NCBI GenBank assembly: GCA_013239625.1
Contig: MU053513.1
Span: forward strand, 1,724,927-1,788,926
Reading direction: 5' to 3'
Origin: Lama guanicoe
Taxonomy: Eukaryota
DNA length: 64,000 bases
Shown: positions 51,557-64,000 of the stretch, one piece after another
Position numbering within the stretch: the first letter of the stretch is position 1
Layout: each line of letters starts with the position of its first letter
The notes under the pieces: model-generated
Told to the model about the DNA's origin: nothing
Database searches by the model: none
What the model saw: the letters and a program-made list of their open reading frames with translations, nothing else
Program-made: the position numbers and the translations under genes

Positions 51557-54500
51557 AGTATTTGTCCTTCAGGTGGCAGTTTACTAACACAGAGAAAAAG
51601 TAGATTTACAAAGAGCATCTTTTTTTTACTTTCCCAAATGAGTAACTCTGAACATGGCTTAAATACCTTGTTTTAGGAAATGCAAATTTATGCTATTATT
51701 GTAATGTTAGAAAAATCAAATTCCCAGAAAAAAAGATGCTGTCTGGAGCATATATTTGAACAATATCTTTGTAAAACAAGGTATGAACATGTGACATTCA
51801 TCTACCTGTAACCATACAGTTTTTAAACAACCTTAGAAGAGGCCTCATAAAAATGCTAGAATATATATGAATGGATAATGAGTGTTTACACGTATTACAC
51901 GTTACCTCATTTCATCTTCACCATTCTATGAAGGTGATCCTAATATAGTCCTCCAGCTTACAGATGAAGATGAGTCTAAGAAAGGTCAGAACTTGCTTAG
52001 GTTTTACAGTAAGAGTGGTAGAGCCAGATTTGAACCCATGTGTTTAACTCCAAAGCATGTGTTCTTAACCACTAAGTTATACTGTCAAATCATATTAGAG
52101 TTTTTGGGTTGAGCCTTCAAAAATTACAATTACAAAGTTATAATTTAGCAATTAGAATTTTACAATTATCTGAAAAACAGAAACTACAAATAAACATAAT
52201 AACACTTCTAGATGCTGTTAGCCAGAACGTGCAGGTGAATGGAAACGCACACTAATGTTACTTCAAGTCTCTGTGCATAACTTCCGTGTTCTGTCTCACT
52301 CTGAGTTACAGGAGCAGGTGTATACAAAGCATGCCAGAAAAATAGTGGTGACCTAAATTTAACTCCCCGTGCTAGGAGCAGCACAGAATGGCATTTATGA
52401 GTCACAGACATCCCGTATGCAGATAAAATGTGCTGCCCTCTAGTGATTTCAACACCTTGCATTTAACATCAAACAGTCATGTAAGTGAAAAAGAAAATGT
52501 GTTTTTTTGATTAGAGAACTAATTCAAATCTTCATTTCATTTAAAAATAAGAATAGAACAAATAACTATCGTTTAAGCCAGGAGTAAACTTTTGATGTTT
52601 AAGAGCAAATACAGAACTACATTAATTAATAATTCACTAATTTATAATGGTTAATGAAATATAAGTACAGAACATGATAAAAGATGAATTAAAGAATACA
52701 GAGTGATTACATTTTATACAAGGAATTCATGCCTTAAAACATAATTCAAATTCTGCCTAATTTAAAGCTACTTTCCTATAAAAGTAAAGACATACTGACA
52801 GACAACTACTGTACTATATTTCTTTTCTCAAGCATAGTTTCAAACCACAATAAATGACTATAATAAGGTTTGTTTCTAAGAATGCTTTAAAACATGAAGC
52901 ATTTGTAGTAAAGTTTTTTTTGTATCACTATTACTTCCTTCTCAGATATCAAAAATATTTCCTATTTTAACACAGATGATATTGGCTTAGGAATGCATTA
53001 GAGTGGTTGTGACTTCAGAGCCAGGCTGCCAGAAGTTTTTAAAACAAAAGGGCTCCGGGTTCAATTCTGCTCTTTTATCTTCTCAGCATTAGTTCTAATA
53101 TTTCCAGCGTGCTCTGTACTAAATTAGCAACAGGAGCATCAGCAGTTATTTGAGCTTCTTTTCAGTACTTATCACATTTAATGTAATGACCACTTGGATG
53201 ACAATACTACAGAATATAAAAAGCATTCTAAATTTGACAATAGAAATAAAACTAACAGCACAACCATCACCAAAACCACGTGCAGAAGTTCCCATGGATG
53301 TAAATAATCATATGGTTCAGAGAACACTGACATAGGATATTCAGTATTTCTGATTACCAGCTGAAGGGGTACTACCTAGAGTAAACATGGTTTACAATTC
53401 ACCAGGCTCATCAATTTTGAAACTAAGAGATTCTTACTCAATTAAAAAAATGTTTTTGACATTTGCATTATTTAACATTTTTAGTAATAAAGTGTTATTT
53501 TACATTGCTTCAAACTAGATCAAAATAAACAAACTAGAAAGTGAGAGAAAATTGAAAGGGAAATTAAATCAAAATCTAAAACTATCAATTCAGAATGATG
53601 ACTGAATGACAATTTAGTAGGAATAATAAGTATAATCTAAACCTTGGGCCAGAAAAAACAACTGCACAGGAACAAATGAGGGAGGATGTGGCTTAACAAT
53701 AACAAATCTAACAATAACAACAAAGAACTTAAAAGTTTTAGTTAACCATTAGCTCAGCATTAGCAATGTTACAAAAGTTAATGTAGTCCTCAGGCTCTGT
53801 AATGATAATGTCCAGAATTTTTAGTTCAAAATGGTAGACAGAGCATAAGTATCTATTTTCTTTTCTAAAAGCCTATTAAAAATTACAAGAAAAAATTTTA
53901 ATGAGGAAAATTATAGCATCACTGGAAAACATGGAAAGGGTATCAACAGACCAGAAATTTCAAAGAATTCCTTTAAATTAGCAAATACAGGGTCAGGCAG
54001 GTCCTACAAAACCACAGTCTAATATCTCACAGATAAAATGATGGTCTTCCTCAGAGTGTCCCAGAGAAGTCCCACAATTCCAAGCCAATAAACACTGTTA
54101 CTCTGTTCCTAGCACTTTATTATTTAATTTAATCATCATAATTATTTTGTCAAATAGGTACTATATTGCCCATTTTTCAGATGAAGAAGCTGAGGCTTAG
54201 ACAAGTTATATAATCACACAGAGAATACAAGGTAAAGCTAGATTTTAAACCCAGTTAGTCTGAATCTTGAGTCTGTACTTTTAGTTATTACACAGATATA
54301 GGCCAAAGGGTAATCCATCAGAGTAACTCATTAAAGCACTAAATTCAGCTGGCACAGCTGGGCCCTCTCCTCTACTTCCCTCTGGTAAGTAAAGTAGTTC
54401 ACTTCTTTGGTTCTTGGATTAAACCTTGATAAGTTCCTTCTACAAAATGAGTGAAATCTGTCTAGCCTGCTTGGAGGGCCTGAGAGAGAAGGAAAGATGC

Positions 54501-56580
54501 ATGAGTTAACTGCAGATCCCTACCTAGATACAGAGGAAGGTAAAAATTGCAAAGGAAAGGAAAATCCACACTAAATAAACTATACCACCACCAGAAACAA
54601 GGTTCCTTACTTCAGCAGCTGTAGGGATTCCAGGCTACATTTCCTACAGGGAACTTTGTCACAAAGAGTCAACCCTCCCATTCAAAAAACATGTCTGTCT
54701 TCTAAGTGGTGAGGAAATACAGCATGGTGGTTAAGAACATGGACCCCAAAGCCAGCTGCCTGGGTCCAAATCTAAGTTCTGTCACTTAACAGCTAAGTAA
54801 CTCTGTACCTCTCTCCTCATCAGAAAAATGAGGATGATAACTCTATTTATCTCATAAAAGTTGTTGTAAGGATTGAGATATTTTTACTCAGAATAGTACA
54901 CAGCCCAGAGAAGAAACAGCCTTAGCAAAGGGCTGGGAACATGATAACATTCAAACAATGGTAGCTGTTAGATATTAAGTCCAAGGGGAAAGGAGATAAA
55001 GTAGACGACTGCTAAGAAATCTCCCAACCTTGAAAATCTATTAAATTCTTAGGAGAAAAAAAATTAATTTTATCTAATAAGACAAGGCAAATTCCAAAAC
55101 AATAAAGTAATCAATCAAGTCAGATCAATACTTGGTTAAAGTTCACTCTAGCCTTTTTAGCCTCTCTTTATTTATAACTGCTAATTATAAGTTGCCTCTC
55201 CCTAATACAAATTAAATGTGTGAAATAAATTTGGATTTAGAGAATGAGAAGAGTTAACTGATTTCTAAGCAGTTTTGATAGTATCAAATAATAGATATAA
55301 CAGAGCTACTCCCCTACTAGAGTCTTGGCCATAGATTCAGCTCTGTGCATCCAGAAGTTCCAAAATGGAAACTTGCAATAACAGAACAAATTCCAAACAA
55401 TTCCCAAGAAGGAACTAAATATAACAGATTCACGTCAACTGGAGTCTCCAATAATAAGCCAAGGCACTGCTGGGCTGCATGGAAAAGCCAGCCAGGCTGG
55501 TAGCCAGTGACAGCTCATGTTAAGACATGGGAGGGGCCAGGAACTTATTATAAATCTGAACTAGCCAAATGTATGGACTGATCATGGGTCTCACCAAAGA
55601 AATCCTATCCGAGTTTCTAGAAATCCTATCCATTTAGAGTTCCAAATTAACAACAATTTCCTCAGAAACAACTTGAAGACCCCAGAAATTAAGCCATCTG
55701 CCTAGAGCAGAGAAACTATTAAAAACACTCAAGTCTAATGAATAATTTTTAGTGCAAATAATAGTATGAAAATGCAAAGCCCAAAATTAATACCAAGAGG
55801 TTTCACATTATCACGATAACGTACAGACAGTAATTCACAATTCTAATACAAGTGAGATATTTTACCTAAATTCAAAACACAGATATGTAAACATCTCAAA
55901 ACACAGCCATTTTCAGTACTTCTTGTTCAGAAATCAATGTGGAAAAATTAAAGTATTTTTTTCTTTATTGGAAAACAGTCCTCCTCAAATAAAAAGATAT
56001 GTAATATAATTTTATTTTATTCTTTGTATTATTTAAAGAAGTCAAGGAAGCAATTTTAATCATTCTTTCCTTGCGAGACTTCACTTAAGAAGTCTCTTCT
56101 GAGTACTTTTTTTTTTAAAGTAGGAAACAAAGGTAATAGAATAATGCATGTATTGACTACTCACATCAAAATCTAGCCTGCAATTGAAATATGGTCAAGA
56201 AACAGAAATATTTAAAACATTTTAAATGTATGCCATGAGCTACACATACATTTCTGAGGTAGTGTGTCTGTCCCATTTTTATATTATTGTTTATATTTTT
56301 CCCTCCCTCTAACAGTTTAACTGGGATTCTTTCACTTAGAATGTAATTTTAAAATAATATCATAATCCTATTTATGACAAATACTTGAATTATATCAGTA
56401 AGTTCACTTGAAAAATTAAACTGAAAGAGAAAACCAATAAATACGATAGAACTATTTTTCCTCTTCACCATTTTCTAAAAAGTATGTAACCATATTAATA
56501 AACTTAAGCAAATGATTCCAACAATATAAAAGAAGAAAATCACACATTTCAAAAAAAATCACATAAAACATCCATCTTAC

Positions 56581-56704
56581 CAATATCATTAGCAAGGGAA
56601 TTAGGATCAGCTGCTCCCAGGGTGGCTTCAAATTCCTCCTGGAGACGATAGGCTCTCTGCAGCAGAGCTTCAAGTTTATGGATAAATTCAGTACTAATAA
56701 TATC
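56581..56704 (-). CDS. MIGA1: MIGA1 coding exon
   Basis: 124 nt; DIISTEFIHKLEALLQRAYRLQEEFEATLGAADPNSLANDI; AG/GT bounded. Confidence 0.95.
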
Positions 56705-56761
56705 CTATAAGGAGAGAAAAAGTGTACACAGCAAATATTAGATTCTAATGTTAAAAGTCTT

Positions 56762-56931
56762 TTTTTTATTTTATTTATTTATTATTGTATTATTTAATTA
56801 TTTAATTTTGGTGGGGGTCAGGTAGGTAATTAGATTCGTTTGGGTTTTTTTAGAGGAGGTACTGGGAATTGAACCCAGGACTTCATGCATGCTAAGCGTG
56901 TGCTCTACTATTTGAGCTACACCCTCCCCCC
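56762..56931 (-). mobile_element. Vic-1-type SINE
   Basis: 18-bp TSD tctaatgttaaaa(g/t)tctt at 56744-56761 and 56932-56949. Confidence 0.9.
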
Positions 56932-57132
56932 TCTAATGTTAAAATTCTTAACATTTTCCACTCTTAAATGAAAGGCAGAGAAAGTGAGGGATTTATTATT
57001 AAAAAGCTACTGTCGGGTGGTGGAATACTGTGATAGAAGTCAGGAAGCCTGGCTTGTAGTTGTGCCTTTGGCAAAATCATCTCAGGCCTCAGGGATTGTT
57101 TCCTTATCTGTAAAATTAAGGAGCTGGACTAG

Positions 57133-57305
57133 ATCAGGGGTTTTCAAAGTAAGATCCCTGGACCAGCAGCATCAATATCACCTAGAAACTCATTAGAAAG
57201 GCAAGTTAGAAATGAATTAGAAACCCTGGGGGTGAGGCTCCCAAATCCGTGTTTTAAGAAGCCTTTCAGAGGTTTCTGATTCACCCTCAAATTTGAGAAT
57301 CACTA
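57133..57305. mobile_element. MER5A-like hAT-Charlie element
   Basis: caggggttttcaaagt..ggaccagcagcatcaatatcacc..aaatttgagaatcact. Confidence 0.75.
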
Positions 57306-57662
57306 ACCTAGATGATCAATTAATTCCAGTCTAGCTCTAACTCTATGCGATTTTTATCAATACAATGGGACTTAATTAAACCCAAAGCACAAAAACAGAC
57401 TTTTAAAAATTCCATTAGAAATCATATCTGCTTAATTCTATATATTCTTGGAGAATCAGGAAACTTAATAATGAATTGCAAATTCAGGATTTAACAAATA
57501 ATTGAACAGAAAAGGCCCCAAAAGAAATATCCCATTACAATCCCAAAGGAAGAAAAAAAAATTCTATTAAATGCCACAGAAATCAAGTACATTGAATCAA
57601 CATTAAAAATAGTGCAATTCTTCCAATATTATGAAGACCACTCCCAAGTAAATCACCCTTAC

Positions 57663-57796
57663 ATCTACACTTTCTTCTGCAATGGCATCTCCTGCACCCA
57701 ATTTAATGGAACCACAGGCTTCATCTTCAGCCTGTCTATTTCGAAAGGTTAGAGCTTGTTCCCATCGACGCAATGCCTCTTCAAACAATTCCATGC
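57663..57796 (-). CDS. MIGA1: MIGA1 coding exon
   Basis: 134 nt; MELFEEALRRWEQALTFRNRQAEDEACGSIKLGAGDAIAEESVD (mitoguardin motif); donor GAT|GTAAGG. Confidence 0.95.
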
Positions 57797-58056
57797 CTAA
57801 AAATTAAGAACAGAACAATTTTAAATAAGCAAAACCAATGCCAAAATAAAATAATTTGGGGTCTGAAGTGTTTTTCATACAGTTAGCACCAATGGCACAG
57901 TCTGACTGTAATTTTGGCACTATAGAATAATTTTATGTTCACATCATTTCATAGTAGAACCTTAACATCCCAAAATATTCCTAGTCTACACTTCTAATCA
58001 CCCAACAATAAGAGAGAAATGATGAATACATTTCATTTCTTAAAAAATGTAACTCA

Positions 58057-58271
58057 GCTGGGAATTCAAAATTTGTAGACACTGACAGGCATATGCAGAA
58101 TAGATAATACTGTATAGCGTAGGGAAATATATACAAGATCTTGTGGCTCACAGCGAAAAACAAATGTGACAATGAATGTATGTATGTTCATGTATAACTG
58201 AAAAATTGTGCTCTACACTGGAATTTGACACAACATTGTAAAATGACTATGTCAAAAAAAAAAGTTACGAA
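58057..58271 (+). mobile_element. 5'-truncated young L1 3'UTR
   Basis: TSD aaaaaatg(t/c)aactca at 58042-58056 and 58272-58286, preceded by TT. Confidence 0.88.
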
Positions 58272-60055
58272 AAAAAATGCAACTCAAATGTATATGCTCA
58301 AAAATTTTCAGAACAATATCACGAATTCATCAAAAGCCCCAACAATAATGGCTAATTTTTATAGTCACACAACTATCTTTCAGAATACCCCCCTAAATTA
58401 AAAAGAAAACTGATAGGTAAACAGAAGAAACTAGTTGATAAGAAACTACTCAGTTTATAAAAGGTTCTCAGAAGGAGAGAGTAAAGCTGGGAGGAAAGAT
58501 AATAGCACAGAAATCGAGAATAAAATTGGGCTTTGGTTTTGTGTGTTAGTTAGTTTCTATCTTTTTTTTCCACCAAAAGGTCATCTTAAACTATTATGAT
58601 ATCAGCTTGCTAATTTGGATGGATAAAACGCTGGCCCAGAGTTAAAAATCTACAAGAAGCAGCCACGAAGGGTTACAGTCCAAGGAGGAATTTCTGATCC
58701 CTGCTGACAGAAAGCCTTTGTGGGAAAATAGGTGAATATGTGCTCTTTTTCTCCAAATTAAAAAAAAAGAAAAAGAAAGAAAAAAGCTTACCAAAATAAT
58801 TAGGTACTTCAAACAAAACCAAAATATTTCAAAACCTTAATTTTTCTAGACATATAAAAGTAAAAGATCTTTAAAAGCTGCTTAAGAATCTGGCCAAGTC
58901 ATTCTCAAGAAGTTTTTAAGTTATGCCTATCCTCAAAAATCAATTCTTCAATTATCTGAAGAACCTACAGCTCTAAACAAATAACATGTCCTTTAAATGA
59001 AATGTAGGCCTTTTCTTCTTATTTAATTTTTGGCAGCAAAGAATCGTTGCCTGGGTCTTCCTTCTAAAAAATTTATGCACTTTAAAGGAACAATGAAATC
59101 ACTATCTACTCTCCTTTTTCCAAGCCATACAATTCTAATTCCTTCATCCTTTTCTCACTCCTTCCACTCTCTATCCATCTGACTATTTTGGTTAAACATA
59201 AGGAAGAACTAGCTAACAGCAGAGCTGTCCAAAGATAAAAACTGCCTCTGAGGAAGTACTGTGTCTCACCTCACTGCAGAACATGATCCAAACTGTCACC
59301 TATCAGCAGTTTTGTAACAGGAATTCAAACATACGTTAACGATACTTTTTCTTCAACGTCACCAATATTGTAAAGGGAACTGAAACAACAGGTGGCAACT
59401 GAAACAACTCCTACCGACCCTAATTCTATGACACCGAGACTCCCTGCAGCTTCTCTAGTTTTGCTCTATTTCTCTTCAATTCTAACTCTCAATATTTCAA
59501 CAGAAGTTATGAGTGTAGATTTACTAGGCACAGTTAATCTAGAAGCAAAGTGAACTTAATTCTCTGAAGACCTTAGAAAAAGCAGCAGAAGAACTACTCC
59601 TATATTTTTCCCCACAGGCAGGAGTACCTACTGTGCCACCACTGGAGAAGATACAGTCTTTAACTATTTAGAGCATGGGAAAGCATTCCTTCTGCCGATT
59701 CATCATCCCCTTTACTGCTCTTTGGCCAGAGCTACAACACGACTTGATGGTTTTGTTTTTCAGTTAGCATGCATTTCCATGAAAAGGAATATAGCATGAA
59801 ATAGAGTAGAGAAGAACAGGAAAAAGGATTTGAAAAAGTATCTGAATCTGACTGAGTGTTAAGTTCTCTGGTTCTCATCCTGGGCTTCAGTGAGACTTTC
59901 TAGACATGTTCAAGGTCAAGCTGTAAAACACAGACTTTCTTTCTATTTAAAATCTTTTCTAGGTATAAGAAGAATAAAAATGATAGCTAAACAGAAAAAT
60001 TAAGTAAGATGGATTCTGATAGATTGATTACAGAAGAATCAACAGGTTAGGTAAG

Positions 60056-60515
60056 TGTACTGGATTGAACACTGACCACCCAAAGATATCAGGTCTCTTG
60101 TAAATGTTACTTTATAAGAAAAAGGGATCTTTGCAGATAGGATTAAATTATAGATTTTAACATGTGGAGATTATTCTAGATTACCTGGTAGGCCCTAGAT
60201 CCAGTCACAACTATTCTTATAAAAGAGAAGCAGAGGGAGATTTGACACACACAGAGGAGAAGGTGGATACGAAGAGAAGACAGAGACTGTAGTTACGTGG
60301 CCACAGGCCCAAAGGCAGCAGAAGCTGGAAAAGGCAAGAAATGAATTCTCCCTCAAGCCTCCAGAGGGAGCAAGGCCCAAATGACACCTTGATTTCAGCC
60401 CAGTGATAATGACTTCAGACTTCAGGCTGCCTGAACTCTGAAAAAATCTATTTCTGTTGTTTTCAGCCACTAAGTTTGTGGTAACTTGTTACAGCAGCCT
60501 CAGGAAACTAATACA
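60056..60515 (+). mobile_element. MLT1-like solo LTR
   Basis: TG start; ttctccctcaagcctccagaggg; end gttacagcagcctcaggaaactaataca. Confidence 0.82.
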
Positions 60516-60651
60516 ACACGTTATGTTTTGTGGACTAGATTCAACAGGTATGAGAACATTTTAAAATTATAGCTGCTTCCCTTAGAACAATTCATCATTC
60601 TTCAGTTTCACATTAAGTACGAGTACAATGTCTTTATTATGTTATTCCTAC

Positions 60652-60778
60652 CCATCAAGTATAAGTTCTCAGGAGTGGTCACAGGAATATTAACAAGTTT
60701 AATATCATCCTCATCTGCTTTGTCCCAGGAGTTAGAATTGCCGCAAGCACAGCTATGACAAGAATTGACACTCTGGAC
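60652..60778 (-). CDS. MIGA1: MIGA1 coding exon
   Basis: 127 nt, AG/GT bounded; VQSVNSCHSCACGNSNSWDKADEDDIKLVNIPVTTPENLYLM(G). Confidence 0.92.
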
Positions 60779-62666
60779 CTAAAATTAAGACAGACAGAAG
60801 TTACTTCAAAATCTCTTCTGTGATAGTATTTTGTGATCTTTTATATTTATAAATTATTTATATAAATCTTATTTCTGGTTATAAAAGAACCCATGTAATT
60901 TTTACCTGAAGAAATAAATCTGATTATATTTAATCAAATTTAGGAGTCATAAGGCCCTTAAATATCCTGAATGCTTGTTTGCTCAAAAATACACAAGTAA
61001 AACAATAGTTTGAACATAAATTAGTTATTTTCCTCAAAAATCGAAGTTATTTTTATAGTTTACTGTTTCACTAAGTATTTACCTATAAACTTTACCTACA
61101 TCTATTTTAATTTTAGGTAACTGGCTTATTTTCCTTTTAGAATTCATTACAATGCTGATTCTCTGCTAGATAATAACAAAAACTAAAAAGCCTCTATCAT
61201 CTTCCCTTCTCTAGCAAGGTCCCCTGAGCTAATCATTTCAGTCAGCTCTATGCAAATGACTCCCAGATCTTGAAGTTCCATCCTATTTTGAAAGATATGC
61301 CCCCAAATTTCTATCTGCCTGTTTGATGACTCCTTTCTGCTGGCATCTCAAACTGACTATGTAGGAAAAAGAGCACTGTGTCTTCCCACAACAAAAGCTT
61401 CCTCCTCCCAAGTTCACTAACGGTACTTTCAGCTCAATGATTTCTCAAACTAGAGAAGTAGAAAACAGGAAGTCATCTTCAGCATCTCTTCCCACACTTC
61501 TCACATCCAGTTACCAAGTTTCGTGAATGAACCGTGTCTCCCCTTTTCCATTCCTGCTGTCATGACCCTCACTTAGGCACTCATTAAGAGGCGGAAATCT
61601 GGGTTCACAGCCCTGGCAGGAGAATGACCAGGTCAGCTGAGGCACCTACAATAAAGTGATTCGGCAGACTCCCTACTTCCACTATTATCATGAAATGCCC
61701 TTTCTCTACTTCTAGTCGAGGACAGCTTCAATTCTCAATTGAGAGAATTCAAAACTGAGGCACTCCTCTGACACAGAGGACGTCCAGATTATAGAATGAG
61801 TATGCACTTCATTATCCTGCTCAGTTTCATAGAGGAACTGAAAGTCTGCATGCATTTGATCTAGATGTTCCTAGAGTAAAACTATCAAGTTTTAAAGTAA
61901 ACTTTAAAAATTTAGTATATTTTTAGGCATTTAAGAATGGGGCAGCTATATATTCCAACGAAATATAGAAGCAAGATATGGAGCAGAGTATGGTGTTCTA
62001 CTAACTATTTTTAAAAACTGAGTACATATGAAGGTAGAGGCATACACTCCCTGAAAGCATACACATAAGAAACTGTCAAAGTTCATCTCTAAAGAGGGGA
62101 ATTGAAAGGATCAGGAGCACATTTTTCACTGTCCATTTTTTTGCTTCTTCTTTATTTAGTAGCAAGTGCACACCCTACCTATTTTTAAAAGCAATTTTTA
62201 AACTATATTAGATTTAAATAAATATTAACTTCATTCCTTACCTGTCAACCAACAGTATATTAATGGTCAAAAGAAAGAGGTAAAGAACTCCACAGTTGGC
62301 TTCAGCAAGCCAAACACTGTGATCTAAGCACGCTCAGCAAGTGACTTCTGGAAACTAATAGAACGTCTGCCCGCATCTTCCAGCCTTTTGCAGAATATCT
62401 AGCTTTGAAGCAACACTTCCATACTAACGTCAGTCTCACAGGACCCCATGGGACCATATCACTTAACTCAAAAAACCTGGAACCAAACTGGCTGAATATT
62501 TAGCAAAAGGATAATTTTACTTTCCTGAGGAAAACAGGGTCAACCAGATTTCTTAAGGTTCTTAAAGAGCTATCTGTAATTGTATGACATTTAAACCAAC
62601 AGATAATAATAGATATATAAATAAAGTTAAAAAGGAAAAAATTAGTCAAATTTTTTCTTTACTTAC

Positions 62667-62803
62667 AGAGGCTAAACTCTGTGCAGAACCTGAGTATTTA
62701 CTGAAGAGTCCTCCATTAGCATAGTTACAACACTGAGATCCTTTGTCTTTGGCAGAACTTAAAGATAATGTCAAATTCTGTCTGCTACTGGAACAACTTG
62801 AAC
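62667..62803 (-). CDS. MIGA1: MIGA1 coding exon (first in window; probably exon 4)
   Basis: 137 nt, tcattAG|GT...TCT|GTAAGT; encodes (G)SSCSSSRQNLTLSLSSAKDKGSQCCNYANGGLFSKYSGSAQSLAS; phase fits next exon. Confidence 0.9.
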
Positions 62804-64000
62804 CTAATGAAAACAAACATATTAATATTAAAAGTATCATTAACTCCAATGCCAAATTTCAGATAAAATTTCAAAGTTTATATATTCATTCAGAGGGCTG
62901 ATTTCCCTCAAATGTGTAAATTATTAAATGTATACCATTATTAAAATCTGTATCTCTGTATAATATTTTTAACAATGCTAAAATCTGCTTCTGAAATGAA
63001 GATTAAAACATTCGTCTAATTAATCAAGGCAGTATTTGAATGATCTATTGCAATTGTTATAAAAATATTGGCAACTATGAACATTCAAATACAAATTTAA
63101 CAAAATGTAATCACTTCTTTCCTGAATTACATCTAAGCTTTTTTTTTCATCTAAACTTTATCAGCTTCACATTATATTGTAATTAGTCTTTTATAAGTCT
63201 GTCTCCCCCTAACCATTGACCTGTTCATCTAGGGCAGACAATGTGCCTTAGTTTATCTTATTATAGGAGTTAAGACACTCCTCAATTCAAATCCTGGTAC
63301 TTATTAGTTATATGAACTTGAGCAAGTCACTTAACTTTTCCATATCTCAATTTTCTTTGGGTATAAAATATGAACAATAAGAGAGGATTATAGTCCTAAT
63401 TCATAGGGTTGTTATAAAGGTTCAATTAAGAGTAAATACATAGAATGTAGCATGAATATGCTGCACCTGAGATCTAATAAAACCTCAGTGAGAGGCATCA
63501 TTGTTTATTACACTTGGCACAAAACAGTTATTCATTAATTATTTGCTGGGCAAACAAATCACAAAAGCATGATACACTAAATTTAAAATAGCTTAAAGTT
63601 CAAAAAATAAGACATCCAGCATGCTCAAGAAATTATTTTTATTGATACAACTTGACAATATGTACCATATCTCTAACAAAAAGCTACAGATCCTATAAAG
63701 GCTAGTAATTTTACTTCTAGAACTTCATATACTTAGGGAATAATCACAAGTATATGCAAAGCAAGAAAAACAACTTAAAGGAAACAAGAGGGAACTGGTA
63801 AATAATTAGAGTAATTTACACAGTAAATTGAACACTATGTACATATTAAAAATGATAGCACAGAGATAATATTTGTTGACCTGGAAAGACATTCTTACCT
63901 AATGTCAAATATTCTAAAAGCAGGTTATAAAAGGTATGAATTTTATTTAAAATACATAAGTCACTTACTTGTCTATAATAACAAAATGTTGTATCTCAAC

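Overview
Mammalian genomic DNA, almost certainly camelid, since it carries many Vic-1-type tRNA-derived SINEs. The window holds the 3' 13 coding exons of MIGA1 (mitoguardin 1/FAM73A) on the minus strand (62803 to stop at 7113). All have GT-AG junctions and consistent phases, and total 1526 coding nt; the 5' exons lie beyond the window. The introns are dense in transposable elements. Highlights: (1) a 7.15-kb full-length LINE-1 with both ORFs open, in sense orientation within a MIGA1 intron, with a ~400-bp inter-ORF spacer holding a third small ORF, a splice acceptor and an AATAAA; (2) a TSD-flanked chimeric retrocopy in which the first ~160 nt of an L1 5'UTR is joined, exactly at an L1 splice donor, to the C-terminal coding part of pirin (PIR), apparently a fossil of an L1-promoted, spliced host-gene transcript; (3) an RPS11 retrocopy that appears to keep ~390 nt of intron 1; (4) a short L1 3' transduction, a micro-L1 insertion and a 34-bp perfect palindrome inside a SINE. 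Repeat family names and orthologue details are from recollection, not from searches.
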